A stretch of DNA of 11,193 nucleotides, from the UHGV virus genome UHGV-1649846; one strand, 5' to 3'. Below the pieces are notes generated by a model. That model saw only the letters and a list, made by a program, of their open reading frames with translations, did no database searches and was not told where the DNA came from. This document shows, piece after piece, positions 1 through 5,514 of the stretch. The position numbers and the translations under genes are program-made. Position 1 is the stretch's first letter, and each line of letters begins with the position of its first letter. The stretch is from a virus.

Positions 1-505
1 GCACCGAGGCGTCGCATTCTTCAGATGGTTCAACCCTTAAGTTAGCGCTTATGGGAGAAATCCCCGCAACCTCTGATGTATTATGCATCCTCAACGCAGC
101 CACAGTTAACCTGATTGGCGGGTTTACTTCATCTGTAAATATTTTTATAAAAATAATGCCCACGCACAGCATAAAACAAAAAGTATTACAGATAAAAAAG
201 GAACGTAATGTGCAGATTTGTTGTTTTCCATATTTACTCACCTTAATATGATTAACCCTGATAGGGTTGTTATTTCAGCGGTTTTTAAATGAGATATTAT
301 GGTGATCTGACAAATTTGCATAACATTAAAATTTAATTTGTCTAACCGCTTTTAATAATAAGCGTTGTATTTTATCCCAGCAATCTATTGTTTGATTTTT
401 ATTCCATCAATGTGGGGGCTTTACACTGGAACCAGTTTATTTATACTTTATACGTCAGCCTGAACAACTGGCATCTGCTGCACTGCGCCATCGAGAGATT
501 GAGAA

Positions 506-1105
506 ATGGCGCATATACAACTGGTCAAACAAACTTCTTCTGGTTTACTTCTCCCGGCGACGCCGGAGAGTTGCGATTTTCTGCATCAAATCAAAATAGG
601 TGAGTGGATACACGGAGACTTTAAGCGTGTGCGTAACTACGCATTCCACAAGCGTTTTTTCAAACTCCTGCAACTGGGATTCGATTACTGGACTCCGGTC
701 GGTGGGGCGATCACGCCTCGCGAACGAGAACTGCTGTCTGGTTTCGTTGATTACCTGTGCGAATCAGTTGGTCGGGAACACACGCCAGCCCTGAGTGATG
801 CCGCAGAGCAATACCTTAACACCGTTGCGACTCGTAGAACCCGGGATACGGCGTTGCTAAAGTCGTTTGAGGCTTTCCGCGAGTGGGTAACCATTCAGGC
901 CGGATTTTACACCGAGCATATTTATCCGGACGGTAGCCGTGGGCGTCGGGCAAAATCCATCGCTTTTGCGAATATGGACGAAGTCGAGTTTCAGCAGGTT
1001 TATAAATCTGTACTGAATGTGCTGTGGAACTGGATTCTGTTCCGTAAATTCTCCTCTCAGGAGGAAGTTGAAAATGTGGCCGCACAACTACTGGAGTTTG
1101 CGTAA
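506..1105 (+). CDS. DUF1367-family nin-region protein (YdfU-like), function unknown
   Basis: 199-aa ATG ORF. Its stop overlaps the next start (TAATG at 1103-1107), indicating translational coupling. The sequence (MAHIQLVKQTSSGLLLPATPESCDFL...) is recognised from memory as the DUF1367 family found upstream of Q in lambdoid prophages. The antisense ORFs 816-1087 look spurious. Confidence 0.85.
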   Translation: MAHIQLVKQTSSGLLLPATPESCDFLHQIKIGEWIHGDFKRVRNYAFHKRFFKLLQLGFDYWTPVGGAITPRERELLSGFVDYLCESVGREHTPALSDAAEQYLNTVATRRTRDTALLKSFEAFREWVTIQAGFYTEHIYPDGSRGRRAKSIAFANMDEVEFQQVYKSVLNVLWNWILFRKFSSQEEVENVAAQLLEFA

Positions 1106-1395
1106 TGGTGAATTTACGTAAAGCGGCTAAAGGCCAGATGTGCCAGATCAGAATCCCTGGCTACTACAATCACAATCCCGAAACCTCTGTGCTGGCGCAT
1201 TACAGGCTGGCGGGGACGTGCGGAACAGCGACAAAACCACATGATATGCAGGCGGCGATAGCCTGTAGCTCATGCCACGATCTAATCGACGGGCGGGTAA
1301 AAACCAGCGATTACACCAAAGAAGAATTGCGCCTGATGCATGCTGAAGGGGTTTTTCGCACACAAGAAATCTGGAGAAAGAAAGGTCATTTATGA
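1105..1395 (+). CDS. YbcO-like DUF1364 protein (putative Zn/Cys-containing nuclease-like nin protein)
   Basis: 96-aa ORF. The N-terminus MVNLRKAAKGQMCQIRIPGYYNHNPETSVLAHYRL and the ACSSCHD motif resemble E. coli DLP12 YbcO as I recall it. It is coupled on both sides (TAATG upstream, ATGA at 1392-1395 downstream). Confidence 0.85.
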   Translation: MVNLRKAAKGQMCQIRIPGYYNHNPETSVLAHYRLAGTCGTATKPHDMQAAIACSSCHDLIDGRVKTSDYTKEELRLMHAEGVFRTQEIWRKKGHL

Positions 1396-1934
1396 TTTAC
1401 CCAACGAATACAGGAAAAAGCGGAGAACACCTTCGCCTCACCACGCTGGAAAGTGTCTGGATTCAGGGAAAACTACGTATGTGGGGGCGCTGGTCGTATA
1501 TTGGCGGTGGCAGGTCAGGGAATATGTTCAATCAGTTGTTGGCATCCAAAAAACTGACGAAAACAGCCATTAATGAAGCCCTGCGCAGAATGAAAAAAGC
1601 GGGAATAGAGAAAGCTGAGCTGGAAGCGTTTTTGCGAGAGATGATCAACGGCAAGCAAAAGAGCTGGCTGGCGCATTGTACTGATGCAGAGGCGTTATGT
1701 ATTGATCGAGTCATAAGTGAGGTGCTGGCAGAGCATCCAGGATTGATTTGCATTCTCCGGCAACGCTATGAAGGGCGGGGGATGACTAAGCGCAAAATGG
1801 CTGAATTGCTAAATGATGCACACCCAGAGTGGTGTTTTAGCACATGCGAAAAACGGATTGCTAATTGGTTAGCTGTTGCTGAGTATGCCCTACATATTCC
1901 CATGCGTGAATCATTTGCTGAGAAAATGGCTTGA
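1392..1934 (+). CDS. putative late-gene antiterminator, Q-like (DUF1133-type)
   Basis: 180-aa ORF with an ATGA overlap to the upstream gene. It is the last gene before a strong terminator and the lysis region. It contains a MWGRWS motif reminiscent of the ERWGAWA motif of 21/82-type Q proteins. The assignment rests on position and a weak motif recollection. Confidence 0.65.
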   Translation: MIYPTNTGKSGEHLRLTTLESVWIQGKLRMWGRWSYIGGGRSGNMFNQLLASKKLTKTAINEALRRMKKAGIEKAELEAFLREMINGKQKSWLAHCTDAEALCIDRVISEVLAEHPGLICILRQRYEGRGMTKRKMAELLNDAHPEWCFSTCEKRIANWLAVAEYALHIPMRESFAEKMA

Positions 1935-2011
1935 TTTCTTACGTATAAACTGCTTCAATTTTGCTATGCTTCGCAAAGCTGTATCGCGAGGCGGATTGCA
2001 GACATGGACAT

Positions 2012-2044
2012 CGTAAAAAAACCGCTTAATGCGGTTTTTTTACG
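2012..2044 (+). terminator. rho-independent terminator, tR'-like, symmetric (bidirectional)
   Basis: cgtAAAAAAACCGC-ttaat-GCGGTTTTTTTacg: a GC stem flanked by an A7 run and a T7 run, about 80 nt after the Q-like stop. This is the expected place for the terminator that Q-modified RNA polymerase reads through. Confidence 0.75.
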
Positions 2045-2360
2045 TCAGGAAAGCAGGGGAGAATGCTGCTAGTTGGGCAACTGGTCTTTCTGCTCCAAAT
2101 TATAACAGAGACCAGTTATAGTTTCGGTGCTGTGTTTTTTTACAATATTGTGATAACACATTGCTGGCGGGAGTTTTGATATTTCTTGGCAGGGGCTGAT
2201 GATGCGTTATCCTGATGTCGTCAACTCATATAAAATGAGATGAGAGATCATTGCAGGGTGGTTTGTAATTCGCTGTTTAGCGGGACAATATGTTGTCTGA
2301 TACAAGACACCCGACGCCTCAGATTACTATAATAAAGACGAAGCATCCTTTGTATTGACC

Positions 2361-2386
2361 AACCGCCTGTTTAGGCGGTTCTTTTT
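2361..2386 (+). terminator. rho-independent terminator
   Basis: aaccgcct (2361-2368) / gttt loop / aggcggtt (2373-2380): a perfect 8-bp stem followed by cttttt. Confidence 0.6.
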
Positions 2387-2709
2387 GGGCTGGTTTATTG
2401 TATGCCAAATGATTATTAAAAAGGTTGTGTTAATAACAAAATCCGAAATAATATGCCTGCATATTTTTATCTTGCTTATATTCTGCATATTGTGCATAGC
2501 AGGCTCATCCCTGCAATCAAAACTGTATGATGAGTATTTTTTGTTTTCCTTTTTTCCAGTCATCTGATGATGACCTGCTTCTTTTTAATCCGGATCGACA
2601 TCAGTTTTTTAAGATAATTCCTGCGAGTTATATGCATAAATGCCACAAACTCCGCATTTTATGTGGTTGGGAGTTGCCGGGCGCGCAGTGAGTTTGCTAA
2701 GAAAACTCC

Positions 2710-2814
2710 TGCATGGTGAATCCCCCTGTGCGGTGGGGTGATACCATTAACCTTTTCTGTCGCCGACAGGTATCACGAACATTTTGTTCACCGGGAGGCA
2801 CCCGGCACCATGTA
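2710..2814 (+). ncRNA. candidate structured RNA element (cloverleaf-like, non-canonical); function unknown
   Basis: GC-rich island in an AT-rich spacer. Closing helix catggtg 2712-2718 / caccatg 2806-2812. Inner helices: C-run 2722-2726 / G-run 2735-2738; gtgatacc 2738-2745 / ggtatcac 2769-2776; gaac 2777-2780 / gttc 2786-2789; ccggg 2791-2795 / cccgg 2801-2805. The helices abut with 0-1 nt junctions. There is no canonical T-loop, so it is not a normal tRNA. The stems are short and could arise by chance. Confidence 0.2.
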
Positions 2815-2918
2815 CTTCAATAGATTCTCTCCACATTATGGATATTCTTTCAGAATATCCCACGCAGACTTTGTGTAAATGTTAACAAATGTGCGTTTTA
2901 TTTGATCTGATTCGCTGT

Positions 2919-2948
2919 TTGAGCGTCCAAAACAACGGTATATATAAT
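2919..2948 (+). promoter_or_regulatory. putative sigma70 promoter of the lipoprotein moron
   Basis: -35 TTGAGC (2919-2924), 18-nt spacer, consensus -10 TATAAT (2943-2948), about 30 nt upstream of the ATG at 2978. Predicted by eye only. Confidence 0.4.
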
Positions 2949-2977
2949 CCTTTACTATATGACATATGTGAGGAAAA

Positions 2978-3406
2978 ATGGGTTTTCGTAGCGCATCAAT
3001 TCTTACGTTGATTATTAGTGGGATTATTATCGGGTGCACTGATGCTGTATCGACAAATTATCATGACCGTACATCATATTACTCCGATAAAGCAATAGAG
3101 ACACAGTATGTGAGTTCATCTGAACGTACTTCTGATGTTAGTGAGGATATCCGTCTGTATGCCCATCAAATCAAGAGCGCCATCGAAAAACAGTTCGGGG
3201 ATGCGAGTAAGTATTCAGGAAAAGAGTGTACACTGAGAATGCATATGGCCCCGAATGGCCTTCTACTGGAGGTTAAAAGAGAAAGTGGAGACCTCGATTT
3301 ATGTCGTGAAGCGATGAATGCGATAAAGAATGCTGATATACCTGCCCCCCCTTCGCCGGAAGTATATAAAGTATTTCAAAATGGGGTGCTGGATTTTAAA
3401 CCCTGA
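2978..3406 (+). CDS. lipoprotein with TolA C-terminal (domain III)-like domain
   Basis: 142-aa ATG ORF with SD GAGGA just upstream. Signal peptide plus lipobox MGFRSASILTLIISGIIIG|C. The C-terminal ~85 aa aligns without gaps to the C-terminus of E. coli TolA as I recall it (QIKSAIE, CTLR, APxGxLL, GDxxLC, IPxPPS, VYxVF, terminal LDFKP). Confidence 0.85.
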   Translation: MGFRSASILTLIISGIIIGCTDAVSTNYHDRTSYYSDKAIETQYVSSSERTSDVSEDIRLYAHQIKSAIEKQFGDASKYSGKECTLRMHMAPNGLLLEVKRESGDLDLCREAMNAIKNADIPAPPSPEVYKVFQNGVLDFKP

Positions 3407-3556
3407 TATTTATTGTTTTGTAATAAACGGTTTCGGCTTAGGTTTGTTCTGACACAGCTACGGCACTGAGCTAAATTTAGCGGATAGTCAGCTCTGAGCC
3501 AGTGGCGGACGTAACAACTACTATTGCTGAGATTTTAATGGATTGAGGAGCAAGAA

Positions 3557-3952
3557 GTGGGATTAAAGAAAATCGTTATGTTGACTTTTTGGGTCGGTTT
3601 TGTTGCGGGATGCACACCTTTACACCCTTCAGATTGCCACAAAACTACTGCTACAGGTAGTTGCAGTTCAGGACGCTGGGATGATCAGGATGAATGGGGG
3701 GCGCAAGCGCGGGGAATCAGAGCTGCAATTAATGCCAAACTTGATGAGCCGCATAACTGGAAAGGGAAAAAATGCAGGTTGCATATGGAATTCTCTCAGG
3801 ATGGCACGGCGTTAAAAATATCTACCAGTAACGGTGATAAAGCCTATTGCGAAGCGATAAAGTCCGCAGCTCATAAAGCCAAATTTCCGGCCTTCAACAA
3901 TCCGGAAGTCTACAGAGATTTTCAGAAATCTGGCTTTGACATGCGAGGTTAG
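3557..3952 (+). CDS. second, diverged TolA domain III-like lipoprotein
   Basis: 131-aa ORF with a GTG start 6 nt after SD GAGGAG. Signal peptide plus lipobox MGLKKIVMLTFWVGFVAG|C. The C-terminus keeps the TolA-III skeleton seen in the upstream paralogue (GKKCRL...DG...GDxxYCEA...A...P...EVYxxF) and both conserved Cys. Confidence 0.8.
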   Translation: MGLKKIVMLTFWVGFVAGCTPLHPSDCHKTTATGSCSSGRWDDQDEWGAQARGIRAAINAKLDEPHNWKGKKCRLHMEFSQDGTALKISTSNGDKAYCEAIKSAAHKAKFPAFNNPEVYRDFQKSGFDMRG

Positions 3953-4077
3953 CTCTTCAATTACTATATCTCATTCATAGCAAACTGACAGATTTGATGA
4001 TGTTCTATATACGAAACCTGTGATGTCAAGTCTGAGCTAATACAAATAAACATAATATCAGAGAAATACATTTTATT

Positions 4078-4101
4078 AGCTCGCTACGGCGAGCTTTTTA
4101 T
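4078..4101 (+). terminator. rho-independent terminator closing the lipoprotein moron
   Basis: agctcgc (4078-4084) / tacg / gcgagct (4089-4095), followed by ttttat. Confidence 0.7.
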
Positions 4102-4203
4102 ATTGCATCGTCTCCAGCATATATATCAATTAAGGCTCTGATTGATGTGTCTGAAAGCCTACACATAATAACTATGCCATCCGTTCCGTGCGGAGGTGAG
4201 GCT

Positions 4204-4419
4204 ATGAAATCCATGGACAAAATTTCAACAGGCATTGCCTACGGCACCTCCGCAGGCAGTGCTGGCTACTGGTTTTTACAGTTGCTCGATAGAGTAACTC
4301 CGTCACAGTGGGCTGCAATCGGTGTGCTGGGTAGTCTGGTATTTGGCCTGCTGACGTACCTGACAAACCTTTATTTCAAGATTAAAGAAGATAAGCGCAA
4401 GGCTGCGAGAGGTGAATAA
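4204..4419 (+). CDS. essD: class II holin / pinholin, phage 21 S-type (EssD family), dual-start
   Basis: SD GGAGGTGA lies 4 nt before the ATG at 4204. The 71-aa product [26 protein letters not shown]... is near-identical to E. coli EssD / phage 21 S as recalled. Met1-Lys-Ser-Met4 is the dual-start motif. The longer track ORF from GTG 4147 is not favoured. Confidence 0.9.
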   Translation: MKSMDKISTGIAYGTSAGSAGYWFLQLLDRVTPSQWAAIGVLGSLVFGLLTYLTNLYFKIKEDKRKAARGE

Positions 4420-4916
4420 TGCCTCCATCATTACGAAAAGTCGTTGCTGCTGCTATTGGTGGCGGAGCAATTGCTATAGCATCAGTGCTAATCACTGGCC
4501 CAAGTGGTAACGATGGTCTGGAAGGTGTCAGCTACATACCATACAAAGATATTGTTGGTGTATGGACTGTATGTCACGGGCATACAGGAAAAGACATCAT
4601 GCTCGGTAAAACGTATACCAAAGCAGAATGCAAAGCCCTCCTGAATAAAGACCTTGCCACGGTCGCCAGACAAATTAACCCGTACATCAAAGTCGATATA
4701 CCGGAAACAATGCGCGGCGCTCTTTACTCATTCGTTTACAACGTGGGTGCTGGCAATTTCAGAACATCGACGCTTCTTCGCAAAATAAACCAGGGCGATA
4801 TCAAAGGCGCATGTGATCAGCTACGTCGCTGGACATATGCTGGCGGTAAGCAATGGAAAGGTCTCATGACTCGTCGTGAGATTGAGCGTGAAATCTGTTT
4901 GTGGGGTCAGCAATGA
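4419..4916 (+). CDS. rrrD: SAR endolysin, phage 21 R-type lysozyme (GH24; RrrD family)
   Basis: 165-aa ORF with a TAATG overlap to the holin gene. The N-terminal Gly/Ala-rich signal-anchor-release segment is [18 protein letters not shown]. The E-x8-D-x5-T catalytic arrangement appears in [16 protein letters not shown]. Near-identical to K-12 RrrD as I recall it. Confidence 0.95.
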   Translation: MPPSLRKVVAAAIGGGAIAIASVLITGPSGNDGLEGVSYIPYKDIVGVWTVCHGHTGKDIMLGKTYTKAECKALLNKDLATVARQINPYIKVDIPETMRGALYSFVYNVGAGNFRTSTLLRKINQGDIKGACDQLRRWTYAGGKQWKGLMTRREIEREICLWGQQ

Positions 4917-5377
4917 ACAGAGTAACCGCGATTATCTCCGCTCTGGTTATCTGCATCATCGTCTGCCTGTCATGGGCTGTTAATCATTACCGTGATAACG
5001 CCATTACCTACAAAGCCCAGCGCGACAAAAATGCCAGAGAACTGAAGCTGGCGAACGCGGCAATTACTGACATGCAGATGCGTCAGCGTGATGTTGCTGC
5101 GCTCGATGCAAAATACACGAAGGAGTTAGCTGATGCGAAAGCTGAAAATGATGCTCTGCGTGATGATGTTGCCGCTGGTCGTCGGCGGTTGCACATCAAA
5201 GCAGTCTGTCAGTCAGTGCGTGGAGCCACCACCGCCTCCGGCGTGGATAATGCAGCCTCCCCCCGACTGGCAGACACCGCTGAACGGGATTATTTCACCC
5301 TCCGGGAACGACTGGTAATGATGCAGGCCCAACTTGAAGGTGCTCAGCAATACATAACCGAGCAGTGTTTAAAGTAA
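4913..5377 (+). CDS. rzpR: i-spanin Rz (inner-membrane spanin subunit)
   Basis: ATGA overlap with the endolysin stop. N-terminal [23 protein letters not shown], then a coiled-coil-like Ala/Arg/Asp-rich periplasmic domain. RzpD/RzpR family. The symbol was chosen from synteny with trkG; the DLP12 allele name is rzpD. Confidence 0.9.
   Translation: MNRVTAIISALVICIIVCLSWAVNHYRDNAITYKAQRDKNARELKLANAAITDMQMRQRDVAALDAKYTKELADAKAENDALRDDVAAGRRRLHIKAVCQSVRGATTASGVDNAASPRLADTAERDYFTLRERLVMMQAQLEGAQQYITEQCLK
5133..5318 (+). CDS. rzoR: o-spanin Rz1 (outer-membrane lipoprotein), embedded out of frame within Rz
   Basis: 61-aa ORF wholly inside Rz in another frame. Lipobox LVVGG|C and a proline-rich mature part [21 protein letters not shown], which is the classic Rz1/RzoD/RzoR architecture. 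Confidence 0.9.
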   Translation: MRKLKMMLCVMMLPLVVGGCTSKQSVSQCVEPPPPPAWIMQPPPDWQTPLNGIISPSGNDW

Positions 5378-5514
5378 AATCTTAACTACAATATGATTCA
5401 TTTTGATGATTGTTTCATAAGGAACAGTGAAGTAAGATCTAAGAGGAGTTAAATTTTATACAGTATAATCATAATATTGCAGCAAGGTGGTTATAATTGA
5501 AAGAATATTTAGAT

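Noticed and set aside
51-251. 66-aa + strand track ORF at the left edge. Its frame is in fact open from nt 3.
   Set aside because: It has no SD and an odd composition. It lies exactly antisense to a minus-strand ORF that has a strong SD. I cannot exclude that it is the C-terminus of an upstream gene, but nothing in the sequence supports it.
388-794. Track ORFs 388-603 and 600-794 (+).
   Set aside because: They are alternative frames overlapping the well-supported DUF1367 gene and its upstream spacer. They have TTG or weak starts, no RBS and non-protein-like sequence.
816-1753. Antisense or alternative-frame ORFs 816-1085(-), 857-1087(-), 1148-1363(-), 1340-1573(+) and 1532-1753(-).
   Set aside because: They lie entirely inside the coupled DUF1367 / YbcO-like / Q-like genes. 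These are typical shadow ORFs with no independent signals.
2327-2567. Overlapping ORFs 2355-2567(+) and 2327-2563(-) in the AT-rich spacer.
   Set aside because: The + ORF starts at a TTG inside a terminator stem and has no SD. Its internal ATG at 2409 also lacks one. Both are low-complexity products of AT-rich DNA. A small hydrophobic peptide cannot be excluded but is unsupported.
2632-2823. Mini-ORFs in the GC-rich island (19 aa from ATG 2632; 36 aa from ATG 2713).
   Set aside because: Neither has an SD and neither is recognisable. The region is better explained by RNA secondary structure.
2040-2980. Search for canonical tRNA genes, which are expected here by analogy with Stx phages.
   Set aside because: I found no GTTCRANYC T-loop and no proper 7/4/5/5 cloverleaf. 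Only the non-canonical structure at 2710-2814, which is reported separately as a low-confidence candidate.
2836-3039. 67-aa minus-strand ORF overlapping the start of the first lipoprotein gene.
   Set aside because: It is antisense to a gene with clear SD, signal peptide and domain evidence, and has no RBS.
3600-3815. 71-aa alternative-frame ORF inside the second lipoprotein gene.
   Set aside because: It is a shadow frame with no start signals, and the main frame has SD, lipobox and domain evidence.
3466-4040. The 9-nt repeat ctgagctaa (3466-3474 and 4032-4040) downstream of each lipoprotein gene, and the 12-bp palindrome gctaaatttagc (3470-3481).
   Set aside because: A 9-mer recurring once in 11 kb is expected many times over by chance. 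The palindrome is short and isolated. Neither is enough to call a duplication scar or an operator.
4147-4203. N-terminal extension of the holin ORF from GTG 4147.
   Set aside because: The strong SD GGAGGTGA is positioned for the ATG at 4204, and the 71-aa form matches the known S21/EssD length.
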